DNA of 64,000 bases. Origin: an uncultured Clostridium sp. (GTDB taxonomy: Bacteria; Bacillota; Clostridia; TANB77; CAG-508). The notes below the pieces were generated by a model that searched no databases, was not told the origin of the DNA, and saw nothing but the letters and a program-made list of their open reading frames with translations. Where the stretch lies: assembly GCA_905213875.1 (NCBI GenBank), contig CAJMJN010000003.1:3565-67564 (forward strand), given 5' to 3'. How positions within the stretch are numbered: the stretch's first letter is position 1; every line of letters begins with the position of its first letter. Shown here one piece after another: positions 9,429 through 19,614 of the stretch. Made by a program: the position numbers and the translations under genes.

Positions 9429-9965
9429 TTATTTACCAGTTTTACCTTCCTTACGTCTAATAACTTCATCAGCATATTTAATACCTTTTCCACCATAAAC
9501 TTCTGGTGGTCTTTTAGATCTTACTTCTGCTGCTGTTTGACCTACTAATTCTTTATCAATTCCTTTTACAATAATTGTATTTGCATTTGGAACATCAAAA
9601 GTAATACCTTCTGGAGCTTCTACAATTACTGGATGTGAAAATCCTAAAGATAGATTTAATCCTGTTCCTTGTTTTGCAACTCTATATCCAACTCCATTAA
9701 CTTGTAGCTCTTTACTATATTCATTAACTACACCTGTTATCATATTATTAATTAATGTTCTTGTTAATCCATGTAAACCTCTGTTAAATGGTTGATCATT
9801 GATTCTTGTAACATTTATTGTATTTCCTTCCATTGATACAGAAACATTATTGTGTATTTCTCTTTCTAATGTACCTTTTGGTCCTTTTACAGTAATGTGT
9901 TTTCCGTCTATTTTAACTTCAACACCTTCTGGTACTGTAATAGGTTTATTTCCTATTCTTGACAT
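9429..9965 (-). CDS. rplF: 50S ribosomal protein L6
   Basis: 178 aa, MSRIGNKPITVPEGVEVKIDG... Confidence 0.96.
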   Translation of the reverse strand: MSRIGNKPITVPEGVEVKIDGKHITVKGPKGTLEREIHNNVSVSMEGNTINVTRINDQPFNRGLHGLTRTLINNMITGVVNEYSKELQVNGVGYRVAKQGTGLNLSLGFSHPVIVEAPEGITFDVPNANTIIVKGIDKELVGQTAAEVRSKRPPEVYGGKGIKYADEVIRRKEGKTGK

Positions 9966-10001
9966 GTTAGGTTTTTCCTCCTTCTTCTACTATTTTATGT
10001 A

Positions 10002-10400
10002 TTACCAAATATAAGCTAATACTTCTCCACCAATTCCTAATTCTCTAGCTTGTTTATCTGTTTTTAATCCTTGTGATGTAGAGATTATAGCAATTCCTAA
10101 TCCGTTTAATACTTTTGGTAATTCGTCTTTTGATGCATAAACTCTTAATCCTGGTTTACTAATTCTTTTTAAACCATCAATTACTCTTGTTCCTTTTTCA
10201 TCATATTTTAGAGTAATTCTTATGATACCTTGTGCATCATCTTTTATTTCTTCATAAGATTTTACATATCCTTCATTTGTTAATATTTCAGCAATTCCTA
10301 ATTTTAATTTAGAAGCTGGGATATCAACTGTTTTATGTTTTGAACTATTTGCATTTCTTATTCTAGTTAACATATCTGCAATTGGGTCTGTAATATTCAT
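10002..10400 (-). CDS. rpsH: 30S ribosomal protein S8
   Basis: 132 aa, [13 protein letters not shown] ... GGEVLAYIW. Confidence 0.96.
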   Translation of the reverse strand: MNITDPIADMLTRIRNANSSKHKTVDIPASKLKLGIAEILTNEGYVKSYEEIKDDAQGIIRITLKYDEKGTRVIDGLKRISKPGLRVYASKDELPKVLNGLGIAIISTSQGLKTDKQARELGIGGEVLAYIW

Positions 10401-10452
10401 TTAAATATTTCCCTCCTTTTTTCATTTTTTCTATATTAATTGTACTAAAATT

Positions 10453-10638
10453 TTACCAGCTAGCTTTTTTAACTCCAGGAATTTCTCCTTTATGAGCTAA
10501 TTCTCTAAAGCAAACACGGCAAATTCCATATTTTCTTATATATGAATGTGGTCTACCACAAATTTTACATCTGTTATATTCTCTAGTTTTATATTTTTGT
10601 GGTCTGGCTTGTTTAATTTTCATTGAAGTTTTAGCCAT
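10453..10638 (-). CDS. rpsN: 30S ribosomal protein S14, type Z (zinc)
   Basis: 61 aa with [20 protein letters not shown] (CxxC...CxxC). Confidence 0.95.
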   Translation of the reverse strand: MAKTSMKIKQARPQKYKTREYNRCKICGRPHSYIRKYGICRVCFRELAHKGEIPGVKKASW

Positions 10639-10670
10639 AGTTTTTCTCCTTTCCTTTGACTAATTAATGA

Positions 10671-11210
10671 TTAATTTTTAAAAGGCATTCCTAGAAGTTT
10701 TAATAATTCTCTTGCTTCTTCGTCAGTTGTTGCTGTTGTAGCAAATACGATATCCATACCTCTTAATTTGTCTACTTTATCATATTCGATTTCTGGGAAT
10801 ATTAATTGTTCTTTAATACCCATTGAGTAATTTCCTCTACCATCAAATGAATGAGCTGAAACTCCTCTAAAATCTCTAACTCTTGGAAGAGCTACATTGA
10901 ATAATTTGTATACGAAGTCATACATTTTATCACTTCTTAATGTAACTTTACATCCAATATTTGCTCCTTCTCTTAATTTGAATGCAGCGATTGATTTTTT
11001 AGCTTTTGTTATTACTGGTTTTTGACCTGTAATTTGTGTTAAATCTTTCATTGCATTTTCTAAAGCTTTTGGATTTTCTTTTAAATCTCCTAATCCAATA
11101 TTTATTACTACTTTATCAAGTTTTGGAACTTGCATAATTGATTTATATTCAAACTTTTTCATTAAAGCTGGTACTACTTCATTATTATATTGTTCTCTTA
11201 GTTTTTCCAT
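10671..11210 (-). CDS. rplE: 50S ribosomal protein L5
   Basis: 179 aa, conserved uL5 sequence, in the spc-operon position. Confidence 0.96.
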   Translation of the reverse strand: MEKLREQYNNEVVPALMKKFEYKSIMQVPKLDKVVINIGLGDLKENPKALENAMKDLTQITGQKPVITKAKKSIAAFKLREGANIGCKVTLRSDKMYDFVYKLFNVALPRVRDFRGVSAHSFDGRGNYSMGIKEQLIFPEIEYDKVDKLRGMDIVFATTATTDEEARELLKLLGMPFKN

Positions 11211-11228
11211 TATGAAAACTCCTCCTTT

Positions 11229-11537
11229 CTATTTTAATTTAGCTCCACATTTTTTACAAACACGAACTTTTTCATCTTTTTCTACTTTATATCCTACTTT
11301 TGTAGCTTTTCCACATTTAGAACATACTACATTAACTTTAGCTGCTGGAATACTGCATTCTACTGCTATAATTCCACTTTCATCTCCTTGTTTTCTAGCT
11401 TTAACATGTTTTTTTCTAACATTAACGCCTTTAACAACGATTTTATCAGCTTTTGGTATAACTTCTAAAACTTCTCCTGTTTTACCTTTATCATTTCCAG
11501 ATAAAACTTGAACGTTATCTCCTTTTTTGATTTTCAT
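11229..11537 (-). CDS. rplX: 50S ribosomal protein L24 (with C-terminal CxxC..CxxC ribbon)
   Basis: 102 aa, MKIKKGDNVQVLSGNDKGKTGEV, a KOW motif. The C-terminus reads CSKCGK...CKKCG. Confidence 0.95.
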   Translation of the reverse strand: MKIKKGDNVQVLSGNDKGKTGEVLEVIPKADKIVVKGVNVRKKHVKARKQGDESGIIAVECSIPAAKVNVVCSKCGKATKVGYKVEKDEKVRVCKKCGAKLK

Positions 11538-11635
11538 CAGAGCTTGCCTCCTTTTCTTAATTTTTAAAAGTTCTCTATATTATTTCGAAAATTATTATAA
11601 TTTTTTCTTCACTTTTCCCAAATTTTCTTTTTTGT

Positions 11636-11759
11636 AAAAGCAGTCAAATTGGTATATTGTGCATTTTTAGGAATTAGTTACAAGCCGAAGGTGTACTTTT
11701 TGTACATCAAGGTTTGTGGCTAATGACTAAAATGTGCAAGATGCCGATTTCAATGCTTT
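11636..11759 (+). repeat. long imperfect hairpin, GTAC-core family, copy 3 (rplN-rplX spacer)
   Basis: The apex is GAAGGTGTAC-TTTTT-GTACATCAAGG. The arms each span about 50 nt and contain at least 8 G.T (G.U) pairs when read on the plus strand. It abuts the rplN stop codon. Confidence 0.75.
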
Positions 11760-12128
11760 TTATAGAACCTCTGGAGCAAGTGAAAGAATTTTCATATAAT
11801 CCTTCTCTCTTAATTCTCTTGCAACTGGTCCAAAAATACGAGTTCCTTTTGGTGTTCCATCTTCTTTTATAATTACAGCTGCGTTTTCATCAAATTTTAT
11901 ATATGAACCATCTGATCTTCTTAATCCGTTTTTAGATCTTACGATAACAGCTTTTACTACATCACCTTTTTTTACAACTCCACCTGGTGTTGCTGATTTT
12001 ACAGAAGCAACTATTACATCTCCTATGTTTGATGTTTTTCTGTTAGAACCACCTAAACATCTAATGCACATAATTTCTTTTGCACCTGTGTTATCTGCTA
12101 CCTTTAATCTTGTTTGTTGTTGTATCAT
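11760..12128 (-). CDS. rplN: 50S ribosomal protein L14
   Basis: 122 aa, [22 protein letters not shown]... Confidence 0.96.
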   Translation of the reverse strand: MIQQQTRLKVADNTGAKEIMCIRCLGGSNRKTSNIGDVIVASVKSATPGGVVKKGDVVKAVIVRSKNGLRRSDGSYIKFDENAAVIIKEDGTPKGTRIFGPVARELREKDYMKILSLAPEVL

Positions 12129-12145
12129 TTATGGTTCCTCCTTTC

Positions 12146-12409
12146 TTATTTTATAATTGCTTTTTCTACAACCTCAACTACTCTCCATCTTTTATCTTTA
12201 GAAAGTGGTCTAGTTTCCATTACTTTTACTTTGTCACCAATTTGGCAAACATTTTCTTCATCATGAGCTTTTAATTTATATGTTGTTTTTACTGTTTTAC
12301 CATATTTTGAATGACTTACATTTCTTTGAACAGCTACTACAACTGTTTTATCCATTTTGTTTGATAATACAGTTCCTATCATAACTTTACGAAGATTTCT
12401 TTCCTCCAT
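12146..12409 (-). CDS. rpsQ: 30S ribosomal protein S17
   Basis: 87 aa, uS17 OB-fold sequence. Confidence 0.95.
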   Translation of the reverse strand: MEERNLRKVMIGTVLSNKMDKTVVVAVQRNVSHSKYGKTVKTTYKLKAHDEENVCQIGDKVKVMETRPLSKDKRWRVVEVVEKAIIK

Positions 12410-12471
12410 TTAGTTTTCTCCTTTCCTCTTTCTAGTGTTTAAACTAAAAATCGTTTTATATCTGCTTATAA

Positions 12472-12681
12472 TTATGCTTTTTTAGAGTCTGCTATTTTTC
12501 TTTCTGTTAATACAGTATTTATTTTAGCTATATCTTTTTTAACTTCTTTTATTTTCATTGGATTATCTAATCCATTTGTAGCTAAACTAAATTTTAATTT
12601 GAATAATTCTGTTTTTAGTTCACCTAATTCTTTTTCTAGATCTGGTGAAGACATTTCTCTTATTTTATTTATCTTCATCAT
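12472..12681 (-). CDS. rpmC: 50S ribosomal protein L29
   Basis: I chose the ATG at 12679-12681, which follows AAGGTAGG. The ORF-track start at 12687 is a GTG. The coiled sequence reads ..[19 protein letters not shown].. The gene overlaps the rplP 3' end. Confidence 0.9.
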   Translation of the reverse strand: MMKINKIREMSSPDLEKELGELKTELFKLKFSLATNGLDNPMKIKEVKKDIAKINTVLTERKIADSKKA

Positions 12682-13108
12682 TTTCACCTACCTTTTCAGT
12701 TTCTCTAACTACGAATTTTGTTTTATTAGGTAGTTTTTGCATTGCTAAACGTAGGGCTTCTCTAGCTACTTCTTCTGATACTCCAGATATTTCAAACATT
12801 ACTCTACCTGGTTTTACTACTGCTACCCAACGTTCTGGAGCTCCTTTACCTTTACCCATACGAGTACCGATTGGTTTTGCTGTTAATGGTTTGTCTGGGA
12901 ATATTTTAATCCAAACTTTTCCACCTCTTTTTATATAACGAGTCATAGCAATTCTGGCTGCTTCAATTTGATTTCCTGTAACTAAAGCTCCTGTAACAGC
13001 TTGTATTCCGTATTCTCCATCTGTTACTCTATTTCCTCTTGTTGCTTTTCCTCTCATTCTACCTTTTTGCATTTTTCTATGTTTTGTTCTTTTTGGCATT
13101 AATGGCAT
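12665..13108 (-). CDS. rplP: 50S ribosomal protein L16
   Basis: 147 aa, [17 protein letters not shown]... Confidence 0.96.
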   Translation of the reverse strand: MPLMPKRTKHRKMQKGRMRGKATRGNRVTDGEYGIQAVTGALVTGNQIEAARIAMTRYIKRGGKVWIKIFPDKPLTAKPIGTRMGKGKGAPERWVAVVKPGRVMFEISGVSEEVAREALRLAMQKLPNKTKFVVRETEKVGENDEDK

Positions 13109-13764
13109 TATTTATTTCCTCCTTCCACTTTCTTTTCTGGAAGAATTTCTCCTTTATAAATCCAAACTTTTACACCGATTTTTCCATATGTTGTGTCTGC
13201 TTCTGCAAATCCATAATCAATATCAGCTCTTAATGTTTGTAGTGGAATGTTTCCTTCTTTATAGAATTCTGTTCTAGCCATATCAGCTCCACCTAATCTA
13301 CCAGAAACTGATGTTTTGATTCCTAAAGCTCCTGCTTTTACAGATTTTTGCATACATTGTTTCATAGCACGTCTGAATGAAATTCTTCTTTCTAGTTGAC
13401 CAGCAATGTTTTCTGCAACTAATTGTGCATCTAAATCAACATTTTTAACTTCAACTATGTTTATGTTAATATCTTTTCCAATTAATTTTTTAAGTTCAGC
13501 TCTTACGCTTTCAACTCCTGCTCCACCTTTTCCAATTATAATTCCTGGTTTAGCAGCATATAAATTTACTTTTATAGCTTTTGCTGTTCTTTCTATTTCG
13601 ATTTTAGAAATTCCAGCAAGATATAATTTTTTCTTTAAAAATTTACGAATCTTTTGATCTTCTACTAAATAATCTGCAAAATTTCTAGAATCTGCATACC
13701 ATTTTGAGTTCCAATCTCTGATTACACCTACTCTAAATCCTGTTGGATGTACTTTTTGTCCCAT
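13108..13764 (-). CDS. rpsC: 30S ribosomal protein S3
   Basis: 218 aa, [24 protein letters not shown], a KH domain. Confidence 0.96.
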   Translation of the reverse strand: MGQKVHPTGFRVGVIRDWNSKWYADSRNFADYLVEDQKIRKFLKKKLYLAGISKIEIERTAKAIKVNLYAAKPGIIIGKGGAGVESVRAELKKLIGKDININIVEVKNVDLDAQLVAENIAGQLERRISFRRAMKQCMQKSVKAGALGIKTSVSGRLGGADMARTEFYKEGNIPLQTLRADIDYGFAEADTTYGKIGVKVWIYKGEILPEKKVEGGNK

Positions 13765-13768
13765 GGAT

Positions 13769-14134
13769 TTAAGCCTCCTTTTCTTTTAATACTATTGTTA
13801 TATGACTTGTTCTTTTTCTAATTCTTACTGCTGAACCTTTTGCTGCTGGTCTAATTCTTTTTAGAGTTGGACCTTGGTTAGCATAAATTTCAGCAACATA
13901 TAAATTCTCATGTTTCATATCATGATTATTTTCAGCATTTGCGATAGCTGATTTTAATAATTTTTCTAATATTTCTGATGATGCTTTTGGTGTAAATTTA
14001 ACAATTGTTAATGCTTCATCAACATTTTTTCCTCTAATTAAATCTGCTACTATTTTAACTTTTCTAGCAGAAATTCTAGAATATTTTAAAGTTGCTCTTG
14101 CTTCGTTTTTTACAACTGTTTCTTGCTCTTGCAC
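13769..14134 (-). CDS. rplV: 50S ribosomal protein L22
   Basis: 121 aa, ..[20 protein letters not shown].. Confidence 0.95.
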   Translation of the reverse strand: MQEQETVVKNEARATLKYSRISARKVKIVADLIRGKNVDEALTIVKFTPKASSEILEKLLKSAIANAENNHDMKHENLYVAEIYANQGPTLKRIRPAAKGSAVRIRKRTSHITIVLKEKEA

Positions 14135-14172
14135 TATATTTCCCTCCTTAACAACTAATTTTTCTCATTAAT

Positions 14173-14454
14173 TTATTTTCCAACTTTAGTTGTTTTGTCT
14201 CCTGCATGACCTTTGAATGTTCTTGTAGGAGCAAATTCACCTAATTTATGACCTATCATTTCTTCTGCTATATATACTGGAACATGTTTTCTTCCATCAT
14301 GTACAGCAATTGTATGTCCAACCATTTGTGGATATATTGTAGAAGCTCTTGACCATGTTTTTAAAACTTCTTTGCTTCCATTTTCGTTCATAGCTTCGAT
14401 TTTCTTTAATAATCTTTCTTCTACAAATGGTTTTTTCTTGCTTGATCTTGACAT
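14173..14454 (-). CDS. rpsS: 30S ribosomal protein S19
   Basis: 93 aa, ..[19 protein letters not shown].. Confidence 0.96.
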   Translation of the reverse strand: MSRSSKKKPFVEERLLKKIEAMNENGSKEVLKTWSRASTIYPQMVGHTIAVHDGRKHVPVYIAEEMIGHKLGEFAPTRTFKGHAGDKTTKVGK

Positions 14455-14471
14455 AAAGAATGTCCTCCTTC

Positions 14472-15305
14472 CTATTTACTGTTTCTTCTCTTAACAATAA
14501 ATTTATTAGATAATTTCTTTTTATTTCTTGTTTTATATCCAAGAGCTGGTTTACTCCAAGGTGTTAATGGACCTGCGTGTCCTACTGGAGCTTTACCGTT
14601 ACCACCACCATGAGGGTGATCTACTGGGTTCATTACAGAACCTCTAACTGTTGGTCTTATACCCATATGACGTTTTCTTCCGGCTTTACCAATTTTAATA
14701 TTCTCGTGTTCGCTATTTCCAACTACACCTATTGTTGCTCTACATTTAATTAAGATTAATCTCATTTCTCCTGATGGTAATCTTACATGAGCATATTTAC
14801 CTTCTTTAGCCATTAATTGAGCACTTTGTCCAGCAGCTTTTACTAATTTTCCACCTTGTTTTGGATTTAATTCTATATTATGAATTAATGTACCTACTGG
14901 TATATTGCTAATTGGCATACAGTTACCAGGTTTAATATCAACGTTTTCTCCTGATATAACTTTATCTCCATCTGTTAATCCTTGTGGAGCTAAGATATAT
15001 GCTTTTTCTCCATCTTCATATTGGATTAATGCTATGTTAGCACTTCTATTTGGATCATATTCAACACCAATTATTGTTGCTTCCATATCATCTTTTATTC
15101 TTTTAAAATCTATAATTCTATATTTTTGTCTGTTTCCACCACCATGATGTCTTACAGTGATTTTTCCATATGAGTTTCTACCTGCATGTTTTTTCTTTTT
15201 AGCAAGTAAAGATTTTTCAGGAGTTTTTTTAGTTACTTCTGCAAAATCAGAAACTGTCATATTTCTTCTAGATGGTGTATAACCTTTAAAATGTTTTACT
15301 GCCAT
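14472..15305 (-). CDS. rplB: 50S ribosomal protein L2
   Basis: 277 aa, ..[18 protein letters not shown].. Confidence 0.96.
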   Translation of the reverse strand: MAVKHFKGYTPSRRNMTVSDFAEVTKKTPEKSLLAKKKKHAGRNSYGKITVRHHGGGNRQKYRIIDFKRIKDDMEATIIGVEYDPNRSANIALIQYEDGEKAYILAPQGLTDGDKVISGENVDIKPGNCMPISNIPVGTLIHNIELNPKQGGKLVKAAGQSAQLMAKEGKYAHVRLPSGEMRLILIKCRATIGVVGNSEHENIKIGKAGRKRHMGIRPTVRGSVMNPVDHPHGGGNGKAPVGHAGPLTPWSKPALGYKTRNKKKLSNKFIVKRRNSK

Positions 15306-15376
15306 TTTTAATTCTCTCCTTTTTAATATTTATTTTCCGAGTTTTCTCTCGATATTTTAATTTGGAAGTTATTTAA

Positions 15377-15724
15377 TTAAGCTCCCATAAATTCATCAAT
15401 ACTATCTTTGTATTTTTTGCTTATTTTTGTTACTTTTCCACCTTTAGCTAAATATGTTTGTTCGCTTGGGTTTGTATCTATTGTAACAATAGCTTTTTTC
15501 CAATCTGAAGTTTTTCCTGTATGGTATCCAACTCTTTTGCTTTTACCATTAACATTCATTGTATTTACTTTTAATACTTTAACTCCAAATAATTTTTCAA
15601 TAGCTTTTGCTATTTCAACTTTTGTTGCTTTTTTGTTAACTTTGAAAGTGTATTTTCCTTCTTGTAATTCATCATTACTTTTTTCTGTAACAACTGGTGC
15701 TACTATAATTTCTTCTGGTAACAT
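15377..15724 (-). CDS. rplW: 50S ribosomal protein L23 (C-terminal extension of about 20-25 aa)
   Basis: 115 aa. A uL23 core (..PVVTEKS.., ..KVLKVNTMNV..KAIVTI) is followed by an extra Lys-rich tail. Confidence 0.93.
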   Translation of the reverse strand: MLPEEIIVAPVVTEKSNDELQEGKYTFKVNKKATKVEIAKAIEKLFGVKVLKVNTMNVNGKSKRVGYHTGKTSDWKKAIVTIDTNPSEQTYLAKGGKVTKISKKYKDSIDEFMGA

Positions 15725-16347
15725 TATGCGTACACCTCCTCTAATTTTTTAACAGTATCTACTGGTAAAACTAGATTGTTGTATTTTAATAAATCAAATA
15801 CATTTATATTGTTTGCAGAAATTGTTTTAACTCCTTCAATGTTTCTTGCTGACATAACAACATTTGTATTGTTTTCTGGAAGAACGATTAATGTTTTTCC
15901 TTCTAATTTTAATGCTGATAAAGCTTTTACCATTGATTTTGTTTTAATTTCTTTTAATTCTATTTTATCTAATACTGTTAATTCTTTTTCTAATACTTTA
16001 GAACTTAATACAGATCTTATAGCAAGTCTTCTTTCTTTTTTATTTACAGTATATCTGTATGAACGTGGTTTTGGTCCTAAAGCAATACCACCTTTAATCC
16101 ATTGTGGTGCTCTTGTAGAACCTTGTCTTGCTCTACCTGTTCCTTTTTGTCTCCATGGTTTTCTACCACCACCAGAAACTTCTGATCTTGTTTTTGTACT
16201 TTGTGTACCTTGTCTTTGATTTGCTAAATAATTTTTTAGTACACTGTGAACTATAGCTTCATTTGGTTCAATTCCAAATACGTTTTCAGCTAATTCTATA
16301 TCACTTACTTTTTTACCGTTTAAATCATATACGTCTACTTTTGGCAT
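15724..16347 (-). CDS. rplD: 50S ribosomal protein L4
   Basis: 207 aa, ..GGGRKPWRQKGTGRARQGS.. Confidence 0.96.
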   Translation of the reverse strand: MPKVDVYDLNGKKVSDIELAENVFGIEPNEAIVHSVLKNYLANQRQGTQSTKTRSEVSGGGRKPWRQKGTGRARQGSTRAPQWIKGGIALGPKPRSYRYTVNKKERRLAIRSVLSSKVLEKELTVLDKIELKEIKTKSMVKALSALKLEGKTLIVLPENNTNVVMSARNIEGVKTISANNINVFDLLKYNNLVLPVDTVKKLEEVYA

Positions 16348-16367
16348 TTCGTATTCCTCCTTCCTTT

Positions 16368-17003
16368 CTACTTACTAGCTTTTACAGTTGATTTTACTTT
16401 TAGTATAGCTCCTTTTGGTCCTGGAACGCTTCCTTTTACTAATAGTACATTTTTGTCTGTATCAACTTTTACTATTTCTAAGTTTTGTATTGTTACTGTT
16501 ACTTTTCCCATATGTCCTGGTAATTTTTTACCTTTGAAAACTCTACCTGGAGTTGATGTTGCACCCATTGAACCTGGTCTTCTGTGGTACATTGAGCCAT
16601 GTCCCATTGGTCCTCTGTGTTGTCCATGTCTTTTGATAACACCTTGGAATCCTTTACCTTTTGAAGTTCCTTGGATATCTACTTTTTCTCCTGTTTCGAA
16701 GATGTCAACTTTTACTTCATCTCCTACTTTGTAGTTTTCTACTGAATCTAATCTGAATTCTCTTAAATGTTTTTTATTTGGTAATTTTGCTTTTGCAAAA
16801 TGTCCTGCTTCTGGTTTGTTGATGTGTTTATCTTTCACATCTCCATATCCTAATTGAATACTTTGGTATCCATCTGTTTCTACAGTTTTTATTTGAGCTA
16901 CGATATTTCCTTCTGTTTCTATAGCTGTTACTGGTATAACATTTCCTTTTTCGTCAAATATTTGTGTCATACCAACTTTTTTTCCTATAATTCCTTTTTT
17001 CAT
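16368..17003 (-). CDS. rplC: 50S ribosomal protein L3
   Basis: 211 aa, [20 protein letters not shown]... Confidence 0.96.
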   Translation of the reverse strand: MKKGIIGKKVGMTQIFDEKGNVIPVTAIETEGNIVAQIKTVETDGYQSIQLGYGDVKDKHINKPEAGHFAKAKLPNKKHLREFRLDSVENYKVGDEVKVDIFETGEKVDIQGTSKGKGFQGVIKRHGQHRGPMGHGSMYHRRPGSMGATSTPGRVFKGKKLPGHMGKVTVTIQNLEIVKVDTDKNVLLVKGSVPGPKGAILKVKSTVKASK

Positions 17004-17142
17004 TGTTTGTTTTCCTCCTAACTATTGGCTGATATTTTAATTTTACATTCTTATATATGTATTATCAGCTTGGTTTTTGTTTTTGAATTATTTTGAATTT
17101 TATTGATATTTATAATCATTTGTATTAAATAAATCACAAAAA

Positions 17143-17463
17143 TTATAATTTAATTTCTATATCAACACCAGCTGGTAATTCTAATTTCATTAGGTTGTCA
17201 ACTGTTTTTTGTGTTGGGTAAAGAATATCAATTACTCTTTTATGTGTTCTCATTTCGAATTGTTCTCTTGAATCTTTGTATTTGTGTGGAGAACGTAAAA
17301 TTGTTACGATTTCTTTTTGTGTTGGTAATGGAATAGGACCTGAAACCTTTGCTCCTGTTTTTTTAGCAGTATCTACTATTTTTTCAGCAGACTGATCTAA
17401 AACTACATGGTCATATGCTTTTAGTCTTATTCTAATTTTTTCACTTGTTGCTAAATTTGCCAT
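17143..17463 (-). CDS. rpsJ: 30S ribosomal protein S10
   Basis: 106 aa, ..[21 protein letters not shown].. Confidence 0.96.
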   Translation of the reverse strand: MANLATSEKIRIRLKAYDHVVLDQSAEKIVDTAKKTGAKVSGPIPLPTQKEIVTILRSPHKYKDSREQFEMRTHKRVIDILYPTQKTVDNLMKLELPAGVDIEIKL

Positions 17464-17748
17464 TGTAATTTTCCCTCCTTTTATTGTTTTATTTTTTCGG
17501 CTTTTGCCGGAGATAGCAATTATTTGCTATCGAAATTACCGTGGCAAGTTAAAACGCACTCAGGTGTTTTGAAAAATACCTGTATAAAAGCCCAAAATAC
17601 GCATGATAATCTTGGGATAAGTGCTTTTTTATTTAGATAACTTACCGCCTGGTCTTTGCCATGACATACTCCGCTAAAGTTCCCTCCATACTTACTTGTT
17701 GTAAGAATGTAGCCACATTTAGTTTCATCGCTTAATTCATGCTTTTAT
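17464..17748 (-). promoter_or_regulatory. long (about 280 nt) structured 5' leader of the S10 operon
   Basis: Lies between a consensus promoter and the rpsJ RBS. Nested helices are visible on the minus strand: GCACT...AGTGC encloses CCCAAGA..TTTTGGG and CAGGT..ACCTG; there are also GGCAA...TTGCC, GATAGCAA-ATAA-TTGCTATC and CGGC-AAAA-GCCG. Confidence 0.45.
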
Positions 17749-17777
17749 ATTATACAATGAATCACTTACAAAGTCAA
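17749..17777 (-). promoter_or_regulatory. sigma-A type promoter for the S10 operon
   Basis: On the minus strand: TTGACT, a 17-nt spacer, then TATAAT. Confidence 0.7.
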
Positions 17778-17798
17778 CCTTTTTTTACTATTTTCCAA

Positions 17799-17823
17799 AT
17801 GATTTTGGGGACGGAGCAAAAAA
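17799..17823. repeat. 25-nt repeat ATGATTTTGGGGACGGAGCAAAAAA (copy 1)
   Basis: An inverted copy lies at 17916-17940 (24 of 25 match) and a third copy at 52518-52541. Each copy can fold as an AU stem with a GGGGACGGAGC loop. Confidence 0.8.
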
Positions 17824-17846
17824 TCATTTTATAAAAACACATAAAA

Positions 17847-17879
17847 ATATCCTAGTGCATAAATTAAACACTAAGATAT
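17847..17879 (-). terminator. ldh rho-independent terminator
   Basis: On the minus strand: ATATCTTAGTG-loop-CACTAGGATAT followed by TTTTAT. It contains a G.U only on the minus strand. Confidence 0.65.
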
Positions 17880-17915
17880 TTTTTATTTTAAGATCAGTTT
17901 GAAAGGTTTAAATGT

Positions 17916-17940
17916 TTTTTTGCTCCGTCCACAAAATCAT
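17916..17940. repeat. 25-nt repeat (copy 2, inverted)
   Basis: TTTTTTGCTCCGTCCACAAAATCAT is the reverse complement of ATGATTTTGTGGACGGAGCAAAAAA. It starts 7 nt after the ldh stop codon. Confidence 0.8.
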
Positions 17941-17947
17941 CTTATAA

Positions 17948-18913
17948 TTATCCTTTTATTATTTTGTCTATTGATTGTTTTCTGAAATCCTTTATTACTT
18001 CACAACTATGATTTAATTTAGCTTGTTCTTCTTCATCTAAGTCTAATTCTAATAATTCACGTACACCTTTACTATTTATTATAGCTGGTACACCAATATA
18101 AATATCATCTTGTCCATATTGACCATCTTTCAAATATGTTGATACTGTTAATATTGAATTTTCATTATTTAAAATTGCTTTTACTAATCTATTTAATGCC
18201 ATTCCTATTCCATAATATGTCGCTTTTTTCTTTTCTATTATCTCATAAGCTGCATCTATAACACCTCTATGAATTTTGTCTAAATCTTTCATTGGATGAT
18301 GATTATCTTTCATTATATCTTTTATACTTTTGCATCCAACATATGCATGTTTCCAAGGTACAAATGAAGAATCTCCATGTTCTCCCATTATATATGCATG
18401 TATGTTTTTACTTGATACTTTTAAATAATCTGCTAATAAATAACGTAATCTAGCTGTATCTAAAACTGTTCCTGATCCGATTACTCTTGATTTTGGTAAC
18501 CCTGACACTTCTGAAACTACATATGTCATTAAATCTACTGGGTTACTTGCTACAACTATTACTCCATCAAATCCGCTAGCCATAATGTTTTCTGTTATTT
18601 GTTTCATTATTTTTGTATTAACTTCTGCAAGTTCTAATCTTGTTTGCCCTGGTTTTTGTGCTATTCCAGCTGTTATTACAACTACTTGTGCATCTTTACA
18701 TTCATCATATTCTCCAGCTTTTATAACCATTTTTTGTGGTGCATATGGTAATCCATGAGCCATATCCATTTCCTCACCTTTTGTTTTGTCTTTGTCAATA
18801 TCAATCAGGATTAATTCATTAACTCCACCTTGATTTAACATAGAATATGCCATGCTCATTCCTACAAAACCTGTTCCTACTAAAACTACTTTTCCTTTTT
18901 TCATAAAAACCAA
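17948..18913 (-). CDS. ldh: L-lactate dehydrogenase
   Basis: 321 aa with a Rossmann GTGFVG motif, the ..VITAG..QKPGQTRLEL.. substrate loop and a catalytic MGEHGDS motif. Confidence 0.9.
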   Translation of the reverse strand: MVFMKKGKVVLVGTGFVGMSMAYSMLNQGGVNELILIDIDKDKTKGEEMDMAHGLPYAPQKMVIKAGEYDECKDAQVVVITAGIAQKPGQTRLELAEVNTKIMKQITENIMASGFDGVIVVASNPVDLMTYVVSEVSGLPKSRVIGSGTVLDTARLRYLLADYLKVSSKNIHAYIMGEHGDSSFVPWKHAYVGCKSIKDIMKDNHHPMKDLDKIHRGVIDAAYEIIEKKKATYYGIGMALNRLVKAILNNENSILTVSTYLKDGQYGQDDIYIGVPAIINSKGVRELLELDLDEEEQAKLNHSCEVIKDFRKQSIDKIIKG

Positions 18914-19056
18914 CTCCTTATATATGTAGTCTTATTTTTTGCGCATATATTATACCACTTTTTTTCAATTTGCAAAAGATTTTTTAAAATTATTTTACTT
19001 TTTCTGTTAATTATGATATAATTTGCAAAAATAATTCAAAGTAAGGAGTGCTTTAT

Positions 19057-19614
19057 ATGAGTTCAGAATCAAATAATAATACCACTACTTTGGCTGAAAA
19101 TAAGGTTTTGATTTTATATATATTAAATCTAATTGATAACGATATTAGACAAGATGATTTATTTAAAATTATAACCTCTATAAATAATATGAATTATTTT
19201 ATTTTCAAACAAGTTTTAACTGATTTGATAGAATCCAAATTAGTAGGTAGTTATACAAAAGAAGAAGAACCAGTAATCAAAATTACTTCTGAAGGAAAAA
19301 ATGCATATATTCTTACCAAAGACGTTTTACCTGGAATTTTAAAATTAAAAGCTGATAATATTTTCAAATCCGAATTTTCTTCAATAGAAAACGAATCTTC
19401 TATTATCGCTGAATTTATTCCAAAAAACGAAAATTCTTATACAGTAAAATGCAAAATTGTAGAAAATAATGAAACAATATTTGAAGTTAAATCTTTTGTA
19501 GGCTCACGTGAAAGAGCAAAAAAAATTGTTGATAATTGGAACAAAAATGCCAATTCTATTTATCCAGAAATTTTAAATTTGTTATTAAAAGATTCTTCTA
19601 GCAATAATATCTAA
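19057..19614 (+). CDS. DUF4364-like (PadR-type winged-helix-like) protein
   Basis: ATG at 19057 follows an AAGGAG RBS. The N-terminal region LAENKVLILYILN... looks like the clostridial DUF4364 family. Confidence 0.5.
   Translation: MSSESNNNTTTLAENKVLILYILNLIDNDIRQDDLFKIITSINNMNYFIFKQVLTDLIESKLVGSYTKEEEPVIKITSEGKNAYILTKDVLPGILKLKADNIFKSEFSSIENESSIIAEFIPKNENSYTVKCKIVENNETIFEVKSFVGSRERAKKIVDNWNKNANSIYPEILNLLLKDSSSNNI

Noticed and set aside
14297-14542. An 81-aa minus-strand ORF overlapping rpsS and the rplB 3' end in another frame.
   Set aside because: It overlaps two canonical ribosomal protein genes and has no independent support.
17464-17748. Tested the S10 leader against known RNAs (SRP/4.5S, 6S, RNase P, tmRNA, T-box).
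   Set aside because: None of the diagnostic motifs is present: the GGAAGCAGCC-type SRP domain IV, the GAGGAAAGTCC of RNase P, and the T-box AGGGTGGNACCGCG. It is left as an unclassified structured leader.
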